64,000 nucleotides of DNA from Candidatus Aenigmatarchaeota archaeon (GCA_043824495.1 JBDRSV010000005.1:89078-153077); one strand, 5' to 3'. Counted from the first letter of the stretch, positions 1-10,562 are shown. The notes: a model not told the origin generated them from the letters alone. Numbers and translations: made by a program.

Positions 1-2019
1 TCCAGCATCATTATCTATACATACAGTAGGACTGTATTCATTTATTCCACTAGCTAGATTATTATTCTGGTTATAGACGAAACTAATAACATTTAATGTT
101 GAACTTTTTGATAGTGTGATTGAGTTAAGATGTTTGGTTGCCTCTTTACTACCTCCATCACTATTATAATCTATCTCATATTCTGATAACAAATAATTAG
201 CTGGTGTTGCAACACCATCACCTACAAAAGTAAATGTTGCAGTGTGACCACTGGATGTTGTTACTGTATTTGGATATGCAATCTCTCTATATATAACTCT
301 ACTATCAGGACCAGTTCCATCAAAATCATAATGATAATCAACTACATCATAATTAATTGCTATCCAACTGCCTGCATTGTTTCCATCTGTTGGATCAAGT
401 ACATTCCCTGCACTATCCCTGTAGCCAGGAGAGAGAATTGCTGTTAATTTCCATTCCATAGCTCCTTTAGGAGAAGCTGGTAATCTTGATACATCTCCAT
501 TGTCATAGGCATCTACATAGGACTCTTTTACTGGTTGATTGTAAACAAATTTTGTTCCATCTGCTGTGATTAGGACAAATCCATCATAATCATATCCATA
601 CTGGACTGTTTTTGTTGTTCCCAATATGTTTAATCTGTATGGTGTATTAGCACTTTTTGGTTCGAATTCTGGATTCTCTACTGTTCCAAAATTAAAGAAT
701 TTATCTCCCCCGCTTGGGAATGTAACATACATTGCATCTCCTACAACATCAGCTCTTGTATGAGAATATGTGGTTGGTTCAATTGTATCTTCTCTACAAT
801 CATTTGGACAAGCAGATGTTGAACCCATCAGATCATTAGCACCATCATAACTCTCTCCAAATTCACATCTCCCATTATTATTACAGGAGCCAACCGCTAC
901 TGCAGCACAATCGCTTGGAGCACAATAATAATTCTCTCCTCCACCTACTGTTGTCTGACATGTTCCATCAGAAGTGCTTGGAGTTTGACTCCAACAATCT
1001 AAATTACAATTAAACCATGTTTCACCAATGTCACATACTCCATTACCACAACCTTGTGTACAAGTTGAATCAATAAAACAAGGTGCGGATTGAGAACATT
1101 TAGTAAGATCGACATTTCCAGATGCACAGTATATTGCCTCACAATCATTCCCATCATAACATTCACTGGAAAAACAAACTTCTTCATTATTGACACCATA
1201 TGTACTTACACTACAAGATCCCCAATAATCTGGTGTCCAGCAACTTCCGGCCTGGTCTTTGCATGGATATTCACCATCATCTTCATCACCGGGACCACCA
1301 AAATAACAATCAGTATCATCTTGTAGTTGTGGACAAACTTGATCTTGGCCAACAGTTATTTTTGGCCAACACCATCCATAATTAGTATTAGGATTAAAAC
1401 AAGGGCGATCTATATTAGGGCAAGCATCTGAATCATCAGACGTGCCCCCTGTACACTGTTCTGCTTCACAATTGTGATTCCAATTGGTACAATCTAAACC
1501 GCCTGGATTTATGTTTGGCGGATCGCATGCAGGAACACCGCCTTGTAACCCACCTGGATGTGTTTGATATTCACCACATTCACAAATATTATCACTTGCA
1601 GATGTTGTTCCAGTACAATCTTTTGGACATGTATTATGAGTTTCAGGACCGTTACAAATCTGATCTCCACAAGATGTTGAACCTCCTTTTGCTGTGTCGT
1701 GGTAATCTACCAAATTCATTGGGATTCTTCTTATTGAGCCTAGATCTAAGTTCCACCCTAAACCTATAATAGAATGAAGCTGATCCACTTTGATACCTGA
1801 TTCATAATGAGCAACTATTGGTAATGATAAACCGCCAGTAGAAGGAACATCCATCAAAGGAAGATCAAGATTCAAATCACCTGTAAAAGATGATCCGCCT
1901 CTTTCATAAGGAGTGATTTTAGTGGGTTGGGGAGGAGTTACTGTAGAAGCAGCCGGACTCACTAATAGAAACATACACAAAAAAACTACAATTATAATTG
2001 TCGTAATTTTATTTAACAT
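1..2019 (-). CDS. Large secreted RHS/YD-type protein, N-terminal part (runs off window), with Cys-rich insert
   Basis: Not in ORF track; ATG at 2019, in frame at spot checks and at base 1. Signal peptide MLNKITTIIIVVFLCMFLLVSPAAS, then TGDLNLDLPLMDVP..GGLSLPIVAHYESGIKVDQ..IGLGWNLDLGSIRR, typical of RHS/YD protein N-termini; Cys-rich stretch about 850-1600. Confidence 0.75.
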   Translation of the reverse strand, partial: MLNKITTIIIVVFLCMFLLVSPAASTVTPPQPTKITPYERGGSSFTGDLNLDLPLMDVPSTGGLSLPIVAHYESGIKVDQLHSIIGLGWNLDLGSIRRIPMNLVDYHDTAKGGSTSCGDQICNGPETHNTCPKDCTGTTSASDNICECGEYQTHPGGLQGGVPACDPPNINPGGLDCTNWNHNCEAEQCTGGTSDDSDACPNIDRPCFNPNTNYGWCWPKITVGQDQVCPQLQDDTDCYFGGPGDEDDGEYPCKDQAGSCWTPDYWGSCSVSTYGVNNEEVCFSSECYDGNDCEAIYCASGNVDLTKCSQSAPCFIDSTCTQGCGNGVCDIGETWFNCNLDCWSQTPSTSDGTCQTTVGGGENYYCAPSDCAAVAVGSCNNNGRCEFGESYDGANDLMGSTSACPNDCREDTIEPTTYSHTRADVVGDAMYVTFPSGGDKFFNFGTVENPEFEPKSANTPYRLNILGTTKTVQYGYDYDGFVLITADGTKFVYNQPVKESYVDAYDNGDVSRLPASPKGAMEWKLTAILSPGYRDSAGNVLDPTDGNNAGSWIAINYDVVDYHYDFDGTGPDSRVIYREIAYPNTVTTSSGHTATFTFVGDGVATPANYLLSEYEIDYNSDGGSKEATKHLNSITLSKSSTLNVISFVYNQNNNLASGINEYSPTVCIDNDAG

Positions 2020-2218
2020 CAGTAACCTCTAAGCCATATATAATCACTCACCGTAAGCTTTATATTCGTTTAGTATTCACTGATCACGATATCTTTATTG
2101 AATTGTCAATTTCCTCTCATTTTTCCAGAAAACCAGTATACAAGAAGGAAGGAGAGAAATAGTTATTTAAATCTTTCCCCCAACTTTTAAAAAGCAATAA
2201 CAGCATCAGGAGAATCGT

Positions 2219-3487
2219 TTGACCAGATCTCTTACATTAAATTTTGGGGATAGGAAAAAATTGTTAGCTGTAATTATAATTGCTTTTTTTGTTCTTTTCG
2301 TTTCCTTCAGTTCAGGATACGCAAGAGATTCCAACTTGATAAAATCAGTTGAAAAAATAAAACCTGTAAAACCAATAGATTCAAGGTTACAACTAGAAAC
2401 TACTACGTCAACAGCAGTTAATATACCTGGTTTTGAAAAAACTAATACTGTTTTTTTCTATACGGGTATCAAGAAAATAGCAGAAAAAACTAATGGTGTA
2501 TTAAGCTATGCTCACGATGATAACGTAGGGAATCTAATTTTGAAAACTGACTCTTTAGGAAATGAGCAACCAGGTTCAAGAGTTTCATACGATGCGTTTG
2601 GTTCAGCTGACTCAGATGACGCTAGTTACACTGGACATCTACTTGACAATGGAATCGGGATGTATTACATGAAATCAAGGTATTATGATCCTGATATTGG
2701 ACGATTTATTAGTGCTGATTCTGTACCAGGTGACATAACAGATCCACAGTCATTAAATAGATATATTTACGTCACCAATAGACCAACAATTAACATAGAT
2801 CCAAATGGAAAGCAACAATTCCCTAGTAATATTATAATTACTGGAGCAGACTCAGTTGAACAAGTTATGATTAGGGGCTCTTTGTATAGTGTACCCGATA
2901 GCTTCTTTAGCCCAACATCTCCTACACCTGATACTATATATTTACATGTATCAGACTCGCTGGGTGGTGGTGCAACATTTACCACAGCTGGAAGCTACGG
3001 TCAGTTTACAGATAGTGCTAGTATTCTACGTGATTTTTTGTTTAATGAAATAATTGATACTAGTGTAGTAATTCCACTTAGCGTGCCTTATGTCATAGAT
3101 ACAACTAAAGAAGTAGGTGCAGAAGGCGAAAGATTTTTAGTGCATGAATTGTATGCCCATTTTGGAGATAAGCCTTCAACTGACACTCTTCACACAGAAG
3201 TTAAATCTGCAATGGCATACATAGATGCTAATAATTTTATCTCTTCAGATTCATTGGCAAGAGATTCTTTAAGACAAGCAATATTAGTAATCTATGACGA
3301 TTTACATACTGATGAAGCTAAAGCATATGATAAAGAACGCAACTTCGCAATTTATCAATTTAACCAAGGAAGAATAGATTCTACTACTTTATCTAGGGTA
3401 TTACGAGAAACGGCATTTGATAGTGCAGCTACTGTTAACAGAGCAGATAGTCTAGGAAATTATTGGTTCAATCAAATTCCATATTAG
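2219..3487 (+). CDS. Short RHS-core protein with C-terminal HExxxH domain
   Basis: N-terminal hydrophobic segment; RHS core YDAFG..YTGHLLD..GMYYMKSRYYDPDIGRFISAD..LNRYIYVTNRPTINIDPNG; C-terminal domain with HELYAH. Confidence 0.85.
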   Translation: MTRSLTLNFGDRKKLLAVIIIAFFVLFVSFSSGYARDSNLIKSVEKIKPVKPIDSRLQLETTTSTAVNIPGFEKTNTVFFYTGIKKIAEKTNGVLSYAHDDNVGNLILKTDSLGNEQPGSRVSYDAFGSADSDDASYTGHLLDNGIGMYYMKSRYYDPDIGRFISADSVPGDITDPQSLNRYIYVTNRPTINIDPNGKQQFPSNIIITGADSVEQVMIRGSLYSVPDSFFSPTSPTPDTIYLHVSDSLGGGATFTTAGSYGQFTDSASILRDFLFNEIIDTSVVIPLSVPYVIDTTKEVGAEGERFLVHELYAHFGDKPSTDTLHTEVKSAMAYIDANNFISSDSLARDSLRQAILVIYDDLHTDEAKAYDKERNFAIYQFNQGRIDSTTLSRVLRETAFDSAATVNRADSLGNYWFNQIPY

Positions 3488-3489
3488 AA

Positions 3490-3978
3490 CTATAGACTTT
3501 CGTCGTCGTCATCGAGACTCATTTTAAATATGCCAATTAAATATTCATCTACTGCAACTATGATTCTATTACCATCAACATCAACTCTTTCTACGTATCC
3601 TCCAGATAGCTCTGGTGGGTAAAAAAGAGTGTATGTAGCAGTAGGATCTGATAAGAAGCTTGTTAAAGAGTCAATTGTTTTTGTTGGGTCAATATTAGGT
3701 TGTTTTATTACTTTACCATCCTGTGTCACTAAAGAATCTATAATATTTATGTTTGTTCTTGAATAAAGATCATTTGCGCGTTTTGCATAAAGGTTTAAAT
3801 CTTCTGTAACAGCACCTGGATCAAGAGGAGCAGAATTGGTAGTCTTACCGTATTGGGAATTTATGCTATCATTTGTATTTGGGTCTGAATTTACATCTTG
3901 ACATGCAGGCGTAACTACCAGAGCTCCAGCTATTGTAGTTGCAATTAGTTTATCAATCATCCTATTTCTATATCTCAT
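3490..3978 (-). CDS. Putative lipoprotein, candidate immunity/partner of the RHS protein
   Basis: Hydrophobic signal ending VVTPAC; convergent with RHS gene, stop codons 2 bp apart. Confidence 0.55.
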   Translation of the reverse strand: MRYRNRMIDKLIATTIAGALVVTPACQDVNSDPNTNDSINSQYGKTTNSAPLDPGAVTEDLNLYAKRANDLYSRTNINIIDSLVTQDGKVIKQPNIDPTKTIDSLTSFLSDPTATYTLFYPPELSGGYVERVDVDGNRIIVAVDEYLIGIFKMSLDDDDESL

Positions 3979-4093
3979 AATAAAATCTTAAAGGGGAGGG
4001 TTTAAATAGATTTTTTACGCTTTATACTGTGGTCTTTCCTTATGAAATCATATACTCTGAGAATAAATGTTCAATTGAACTAATACAATAGAT

Positions 4094-4777
4094 TCAATTA
4101 AGTTGACAAGCCGGTTGTATAATTGCTGAGTCACATACTTCATTGGTTTCTTTTTGTTCTCCGTTTTTTGTGTAAGTTAGTTTACAACAAACACTGACAG
4201 TATTGGTTTGTATTGGGTTTACTGGTATATAATTTCCAGTTATATCAGTTTCACTACAACTTCTGACTACAACTTTTTGATAGACATTTCCATTAGTAGT
4301 TGCTGTACAATATAATTCCCCATAACCTTCTGGGATATCACAGTTGAAATAAAGGTTTTGGACTTCTGTATCACAGCTGAATAAGTTAGGGTTGCTCATG
4401 CAGTTTCTGCATCCTATTTGGTGATCCAAAATCCACTTAAATCTATCTGTATCTATTCTAACAGAATTAGCTTCTAGAATAACCAATTCAGATGGGGCTA
4501 TCACATTGTCATTTGTCATTGGTTCAATGGCATCGCAGACCCCATTAGAGTTATCGTCTAGACAACAGCTAATACCATCAGCTATGTACGGTGGGTTGCA
4601 TATAGTTGGTTTCTCTGTTTGTGTATCAGTTGGTTGTCCAGAAAAAATAATAATTATAACAACTATTAGAACCAATAAAGAGATGAAGTAGTAATGTCTG
4701 TTTGCTTGTTTCTTAGTTACCCTAGGTTTTGAAACTTTCTTTGTGATCTTTCTTTTTGTTTTCTTAGCTTTCGCCAT
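4094..4777 (-). CDS. Membrane-anchored Cys-containing surface protein
   Basis: Basic N-terminus, one TM, ICNPPYI..SCCLDDNSNGVCD motif common in DPANN surface proteins. Confidence 0.65.
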   Translation of the reverse strand: MAKAKKTKRKITKKVSKPRVTKKQANRHYYFISLLVLIVVIIIIFSGQPTDTQTEKPTICNPPYIADGISCCLDDNSNGVCDAIEPMTNDNVIAPSELVILEANSVRIDTDRFKWILDHQIGCRNCMSNPNLFSCDTEVQNLYFNCDIPEGYGELYCTATTNGNVYQKVVVRSCSETDITGNYIPVNPIQTNTVSVCCKLTYTKNGEQKETNEVCDSAIIQPACQLN

Positions 4778-4836
4778 TAATTAAAAATTGGTTGCGCCTG
4801 CTTAAATCTTTTAAATCTTATTGCTAATTATTATTT

Positions 4837-5361
4837 ATGCACAGAAATCCAAGAAAGGGTGCTGTAGGCATAATAATAATAGTGATTCTTCTAATAGGTG
4901 CAGCAGTTGTCGTCTACACGTTACCCGATGATACATTTAATGACCCTAATACTAATCCTAATCCTGAACAGTTCTATTACGAGGACTGTGGTTACATAGG
5001 TTCATCTCCTTGCGTGGATGATATTGGTCCATATTGTATTGAAGGAAATCTTGATTATAATGGAGAAAAGTGCGTAACAGCTGATTATAACAACAACCAA
5101 GAATACAATGACCCATATTATGATAATCCAAATAATGGTAATACAGGTTCTAATGGATATGATTCTGGTCAGAACACAGGCTCCAACACAGGAGCTGAAA
5201 ATTGTGGCTATCTGAATGAACCATGCTGTGAGGGAGAGTTCACAATAGACGAGTTCGGCATGCCAAGAGTTCCTCAATGGTGCTATGATGACCTTGAGTG
5301 TAGAGCAGAGATCTGTGTAGAAGGTCCTGGATACACATCTACCCCAAGACCAAATTATTAG
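4837..5361 (+). CDS. Cys-rich surface protein with class III-like signal
   Basis: RKG followed by hydrophobic stretch; two CGY..PC repeats. Confidence 0.6.
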   Translation: MHRNPRKGAVGIIIIVILLIGAAVVVYTLPDDTFNDPNTNPNPEQFYYEDCGYIGSSPCVDDIGPYCIEGNLDYNGEKCVTADYNNNQEYNDPYYDNPNNGNTGSNGYDSGQNTGSNTGAENCGYLNEPCCEGEFTIDEFGMPRVPQWCYDDLECRAEICVEGPGYTSTPRPNY

Positions 5362-5399
5362 GGGAAACACTTATATCGGGATCAAACCAACTATTTAAT

Positions 5400-5666
5400 A
5401 TGCTGGAAATATTCCTAGCAGGTTTCCTTGGTGGTGTAATAAGAGGACTTGTTGGAATATCCAAAGAAATTCGTTCTTCTCCAACTAAAAAGAAAAAACT
5501 CAGATTGGATTATTTTGTTGTAACTCTATTAGCTTCTGGAGGATTGGGTTTATTGGTTGGTGTTTTCATAGCAGATGATATACGTTTCGCTTTACTTGCT
5601 GGATATGCAGGAACAGATTTCTTAGAGAACCTATACAAGATTAAGATGAAGAAAAGGAATTGGTGA
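5400..5666 (+). CDS. Small membrane protein
   Basis: Hydrophobic Gly-rich helices, basic C-terminus. Confidence 0.6.
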   Translation: MLEIFLAGFLGGVIRGLVGISKEIRSSPTKKKKLRLDYFVVTLLASGGLGLLVGVFIADDIRFALLAGYAGTDFLENLYKIKMKKRNW

Positions 5667-5667
5667 T

Positions 5668-6162
5668 ATGAGACTAAGCTTACTCATATTAATTGTTTCA
5701 CTTCTTATTTTACCTTCTGTAAATGCCCATATAGAACAGTTATCTTCTACAATAGAAGGTGATTGCAGAGAATATAATGTAACTGTTGTTCCACATGGTT
5801 TTACTGAAAATTGTTACGATGTAAAAATAGATGTGACTAGCACGAGAGGTAGGGTTGGGGAGATATTTGATTCTAGAGAAGGATGGAAATCCTCTTTCTT
5901 TTATGTAAGTAATGATTTGTGTATATCAGATTCTGAAGTGTTTGAGAAGACGTATCAAGTAAGAGCAGATGACTCAGAAATACTGAATTTCAAAACAACA
6001 ATTAGATTTGGAGAGAAATTGTGGTCAACTGAGTATTATGAGATAACACAGGGTTGCCCTGAATTAGTTGAAGGAGACGATAAAGAATTCTGGATATCCA
6101 CAGGAATTGTTTTGATTGTTTTACTGGCGTCAATAGTTTATTATGTGAAATTAAGTGAATAG
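5668..6162 (+). CDS. Secreted protein with C-terminal membrane anchor
   Basis: Signal peptide plus C-terminal TM. Confidence 0.6.
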   Translation: MRLSLLILIVSLLILPSVNAHIEQLSSTIEGDCREYNVTVVPHGFTENCYDVKIDVTSTRGRVGEIFDSREGWKSSFFYVSNDLCISDSEVFEKTYQVRADDSEILNFKTTIRFGEKLWSTEYYEITQGCPELVEGDDKEFWISTGIVLIVLLASIVYYVKLSE

Positions 6163-6216
6163 AGTATGTTGAGTAATAAAAAAATAGTGAATTATCTGTA
6201 GAGCAGTATAAGGATT

Positions 6217-6423
6217 ATGATGAAAAATAAAAAATCAGTGAAGTTCGCATGGCTTATAATTGGTATAGCAATGATATTCTTAGGTGGAATTTTAACCGGA
6301 ATGATTTATTATCATTTCTCTGTTCTAGGGTCTAAACTAGGAAGTCCATTGGAACAATATTTTATAAGCTTAGGAATGACATTGATAGGATTAGTATTCG
6401 TTGCGCATAGTGTTGATAATTAG
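6217..6423 (+). CDS. Small two-TM membrane protein
   Basis: Two hydrophobic helices. Confidence 0.5.
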   Translation: MMKNKKSVKFAWLIIGIAMIFLGGILTGMIYYHFSVLGSKLGSPLEQYFISLGMTLIGLVFVAHSVDN

Positions 6424-7266
6424 TTATTCACCAAAATCTTCGTTCATTGTTTCTGGATTCCAACATACACGGAAGTTCTCGTCCATAGAATTTAGTTTTT
6501 TCATATCTTCTTCTGATATTTCAAAATCGAAGACGTTTGAGTTCTCTTGTATTCTTTCTTCATGGGTTGATTTTGGTAATACAATGATCTCTTTTTGTAG
6601 TGCCCATCTAACAAGGATTTGAGCGGGAGTTTTAGAATACTTTGAAGAAATCTCAATGAGTAATGGATCATTTAGTTTTTTGCCTCTTGTGAGAGGGCTA
6701 TATGCTTCAATATAAATTTCTTTTGAACGGCAGAACTTTAAAAGAGTTTTTTGATTCAGGTATGGACTAAATTCAACTTGATTTACTGCAGGTATTATTG
6801 ATGAATTTTCTATTAATTCTTCAAGATGTTTAATAGTGAAATTACTTACACCAATTGCTTTGCATCTACCTGATTTTAGAATTTCTTCTAGAGCTCTCCA
6901 TGAATCAAGTTTTAGTTTTTGGACAGGCCAGTGAATTAAATATAAATCAATATAATCAAGACCAAGGTTCTCAAAACTTTTATCAAAAGCTTTCAAAGCC
7001 TTTTCATAACCGTGATCATCATTTTTTAATTTTGTTGTAACAAATATCTTTTCTCTTGAGATTCCACTCTCTCTTATAGCTTCGCCTACACTTTGTTCAT
7101 TTCCATAATAAGCAGCAGTATCTATATGAATATAACCAGCTTTCAAAGCCCATAAAACAGATTGTTTGGTTTCATCACCTTGAGGAATCTGATATGTTCC
7201 AAAACCAAGTTGTGGTATTTCTACCCCGTTATTCAACTTAATTTTTGATGTTATTTCTAGAGTCAT
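6424..7266 (-). CDS. Aldo/keto reductase
   Basis: GFGTYQ, IDTAAYYGNE, IFVTTKL, DLYLIHWP, IGVSNF, PAVNQVE. Confidence 0.95.
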   Translation of the reverse strand: MTLEITSKIKLNNGVEIPQLGFGTYQIPQGDETKQSVLWALKAGYIHIDTAAYYGNEQSVGEAIRESGISREKIFVTTKLKNDDHGYEKALKAFDKSFENLGLDYIDLYLIHWPVQKLKLDSWRALEEILKSGRCKAIGVSNFTIKHLEELIENSSIIPAVNQVEFSPYLNQKTLLKFCRSKEIYIEAYSPLTRGKKLNDPLLIEISSKYSKTPAQILVRWALQKEIIVLPKSTHEERIQENSNVFDFEISEEDMKKLNSMDENFRVCWNPETMNEDFGE

Positions 7267-7390
7267 AATTGAATTATAACACTATGAAATAAAAAGTTTT
7301 AAGACCCTGAAACAATCAATAAACATGGTTGAAACTCCTTAAATATTCTCAGGTACGAAGAAAAATTGGAAGTCTGTAATCAAATTTTTA

Positions 7391-8023
7391 GTGTTCTCTT
7401 TTATTTTCTTATTCTTGGAGTTTGCCTATCAATTTTATTTCCTAATACCAGGACAAATGCAATTGGCTATGATCAGAAGTTTTGCATTTTCAGGAGCAAC
7501 ATTCTTTGCTTTGGCTTTGTTGTTAAGCGTTGTATTCAAGTTCAAATCCAGATTAGCTAAGCACTGGCCTACGAGAAGAAATTTGGGTGTACTAGGTTTC
7601 CTTTTCATAGTTATTCATGTTTTTAGTGTGATACAAACAAATTTCCAAGGAGATGTTTCAGGAACTTTCTATAATCTAAATCCCTTAGTAAATCCTCTAA
7701 TATTTGGTTGGTTAGCTTATCCAATATTCTTTTTACTATTCATTACATCAAGTGATTGGGCTGTAGCTAAGCTAAGGACAAAGTGGAAAGTTGTCCAGAG
7801 ATTGATGTACTTCGGTTACCTGGGAGCTGTTCTACACTTCCTAACAATCAATCCATCAGCTCTTTGGAACATCGCTGGTTATTTGTTGATATTTGTAACT
7901 ATACTGGCTATGGCTGGTGGATTATTCTGGTTCATTAAATTAGTTGCGTCAGGAAGATCATCTAGAAGGGGAATCATAATCATACTGTTATGGATTCTTG
8001 GATTATATCTAATCTTCTTTTGA
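7391..8023 (+). CDS. Ferric reductase-like transmembrane protein (MsrQ/YedZ family)
   Basis: RRNLGVLGF..IH, LFITSSD, WKVVQRLMY..AVLHF. Confidence 0.8.
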   Translation: MFSFIFLFLEFAYQFYFLIPGQMQLAMIRSFAFSGATFFALALLLSVVFKFKSRLAKHWPTRRNLGVLGFLFIVIHVFSVIQTNFQGDVSGTFYNLNPLVNPLIFGWLAYPIFFLLFITSSDWAVAKLRTKWKVVQRLMYFGYLGAVLHFLTINPSALWNIAGYLLIFVTILAMAGGLFWFIKLVASGRSSRRGIIIILLWILGLYLIFF

Positions 8024-8056
8024 TGAGTTTTTATTTCCTAGATCCAATTACTTTCT

Positions 8057-8752
8057 ATGTTCGAACAAGTCAAGAGAGACTTAGAAAAATTATCAAATCC
8101 AGACAAAGCCGGTCTTTATCAAAAATTCTTCAAAATTGGCAAAGGACAATATGAAGAAGGTGATGTATTCATTGGATTATCTGTTCCAGAACAGAGAAGC
8201 ATAGCAAAAAAATATATAGATATTTCTTTTGATGATGTGAAGAAACTAATTAAAAGTGAGATTCATGAACATCGTTTGACAGGATTCTTGATTCTTGTTC
8301 AAAAATTCGAGAAAGCAAACAAAGCAGAGAAAAGAGAGATAGTGCACTTCTATTTAACTCATACTAAGCATGTGAACAACTGGGATCTAGTTGATCTATC
8401 TGCAAGTAGAATTCTAGGCACTTACTTACTCGACAAAGATAGAAGAGTGTTGTATGGTCTAGCAAAATCAGATAACTTATGGGAGAGAAGAATCTCCATA
8501 GTCTCTACATATGCTTTCATAATAAATCACCAGTTTGATGACACTATTAAGATTTCTAGACTCCTTCTTCGCGATAGTCATGATCTAATACACAAAGCTG
8601 TTGGTTGGATGCTTAGAGAAGTTGGAAAGAAGGATCTAGCTAAAGAAGAAGAATTCTTAAAAAAGCATTATAAAGAGATGCCTAGAACTATGCTTAGATA
8701 TGCAATAGAAAAATTCCCAGAAAGAAAAAGAAAACACTATATGAGAAAGTAA
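8057..8752 (+). CDS. DNA alkylation repair protein (AlkD-like)
   Basis: FIGLSVP, VNNWDLVD, NLWERR, DLIHKAVGWMLREVGK, MPRTMLRYAIEK. Confidence 0.9.
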   Translation: MFEQVKRDLEKLSNPDKAGLYQKFFKIGKGQYEEGDVFIGLSVPEQRSIAKKYIDISFDDVKKLIKSEIHEHRLTGFLILVQKFEKANKAEKREIVHFYLTHTKHVNNWDLVDLSASRILGTYLLDKDRRVLYGLAKSDNLWERRISIVSTYAFIINHQFDDTIKISRLLLRDSHDLIHKAVGWMLREVGKKDLAKEEEFLKKHYKEMPRTMLRYAIEKFPERKRKHYMRK

Positions 8753-9325
8753 TCAGTATGGTGTACCTTTGTCTCTCTCGTTCTTGAATGCGTTTAGATA
8801 CCAATCAAACTCATCTAAGAATTTGCCTACTCTTCTGTCATATGCCTCATTTGTAGCTTTTCCGTTCTCATCAAAAGAGTCTTGAACTGCTGATATTGGG
8901 AAAGCTGAGGGTATAGAAGGCATTCCTAATTCAGCTAATATGTCTCTTAGATGAACAGCTACTCTTATTCCACCAAAAGGTCCTGCTGAATATGTTACTA
9001 TAGCAGAAGGTTTGAAATGATATTCCTTTTGGAAATGATCTAGCATATTCTTCAGTGCTGGAGGAGTTGCATGATTGTATTCTCCACTGACTACAACAAA
9101 ACCATCAGCTTCTGAGAGCATTTGAGCTATTTTCTCCATTTCTTTAGGGGCTTTTCCCTTCTCATACTCCTTGTACATCTTGTCCAGAAATGGGAGTTTG
9201 TGCTCCATGGCATCGACTAAATATGATTCGTGGCCTCTTTCTTTGAGCTTATTCACCATAAATTTAGCTGCCTTTATTCCTTGTCTTTCAGATCTTGTAG
9301 ATCCGTATAAAACTGCAATTTTCAT
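8753..9325 (-). CDS. NADPH-dependent FMN reductase
   Basis: LYGSTRSER, ADGFVVVSGEYNH..PPALKNMLD, YSAGPFGG; start moved to ATG after GGTGA. Confidence 0.92.
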   Translation of the reverse strand: MKIAVLYGSTRSERQGIKAAKFMVNKLKERGHESYLVDAMEHKLPFLDKMYKEYEKGKAPKEMEKIAQMLSEADGFVVVSGEYNHATPPALKNMLDHFQKEYHFKPSAIVTYSAGPFGGIRVAVHLRDILAELGMPSIPSAFPISAVQDSFDENGKATNEAYDRRVGKFLDEFDWYLNAFKNERDKGTPY

Positions 9326-9392
9326 AATTATCACCTGTTTCAATGCTATTTGTTAGTGATATAAAGACGTGGCTTTATAATTAAAAACAGTT

Positions 9393-10562
9393 TTAATCAT
9401 TCTCTTTATTATTCAGATCTATATTCTCTATACCCAGGAAATCTGATATGATCTTATTATTCATTTGGTTTGGTTTCCCTTTAGGAATAATTTGTAGATG
9501 AGGATATGCTATTTCTACTGTTGGTTCTCTCTTAACGAAATCGAGAAATTCCGAGTTTATCATAGTTTTCGTTGTTCTTAGCATGTCATATGGAGCCATG
9601 AAAAAAGTAGTTAATACTATAGAAGAGTCTGCCATTTCAACATGTATTTTTGGCTTGAGCTGATCAGGTATCTCTTCAAATGTCCCTTTAATATCTTCTT
9701 TTTCTTTCTCGAGGATTTCTATTTGTTCTTTTATTTTTTCTCCACGTTCCTTATTTCTGGATATTTCAATTCTCTTGGATAATTTCTCTATGTTGCTATC
9801 TATGAAAGATATTCTCTTTGTCAACCTGCTTTTAAACATATGAACGTTCTTTTTTGTTGTATTGTTTACTATAGACTCAAATGCTTTCTTGGCCTTTCTC
9901 CAGTCACTTTCATATGTTATTGAAATATTGAGCTCTGTCTTCAAAAAATTATTATCTTTGGTAAAATTTTCAACAGGCTGAACAAGAACCAGTTCATTTG
10001 GAATCGATACAAGTTTACCGCTGTGTTCATCTGTGCCTGTAAGAAGACTTTTAAGAATAGTATGCATTGCCTTTATCTCAACGACGTCTCCAGCAATATC
10101 TCCGATTTTTATTCTGTCGCCTACATCAAAACTTTTATGTGCGTTTATGCTAGCCCATCCTACAAGATTGAGTATCGGTTTCTGTAGAGCGAATGTTACA
10201 CCAAAACCTATTAAACCAAGAGATGTCAATAGAGCCCCCACATCACCAAAAATAATGTGGGCGCTGAGGGCAAAGAATACAATCCACAATCCGTATCTAA
10301 TGTATGTTGTTATACCAATAGATTTCTGCTGAGAATCTTCAGGTTTTGTTTTTGTTATTATCTTTAGAGATGATGTAACAAGTTTCACCAGAACAAACAT
10401 GAATATTATAGCTAAGACTTTAGGTGCTGATGCTATGACAGATGGTTCAAGAGCAGTAGATAGCCCACAATCTCCATAAACACACATCCCAGAAAGAAAT
10501 ACACCTATTGCCAACAGTACAACAATTCTTGTGAAGCTATTAGCATTAAGAAGTTTAGACAT
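9393..10562 (-). CDS. mscS: Small-conductance mechanosensitive channel (MscS family)
   Basis: LGLIGFGVTFALQ, FDVGDRIKIG..GDV, LVSIPN, VEIAYPH; coiled-coil insertion. Confidence 0.85.
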   Translation of the reverse strand: MSKLLNANSFTRIVVLLAIGVFLSGMCVYGDCGLSTALEPSVIASAPKVLAIIFMFVLVKLVTSSLKIITKTKPEDSQQKSIGITTYIRYGLWIVFFALSAHIIFGDVGALLTSLGLIGFGVTFALQKPILNLVGWASINAHKSFDVGDRIKIGDIAGDVVEIKAMHTILKSLLTGTDEHSGKLVSIPNELVLVQPVENFTKDNNFLKTELNISITYESDWRKAKKAFESIVNNTTKKNVHMFKSRLTKRISFIDSNIEKLSKRIEISRNKERGEKIKEQIEILEKEKEDIKGTFEEIPDQLKPKIHVEMADSSIVLTTFFMAPYDMLRTTKTMINSEFLDFVKREPTVEIAYPHLQIIPKGKPNQMNNKIISDFLGIENIDLNNKEND

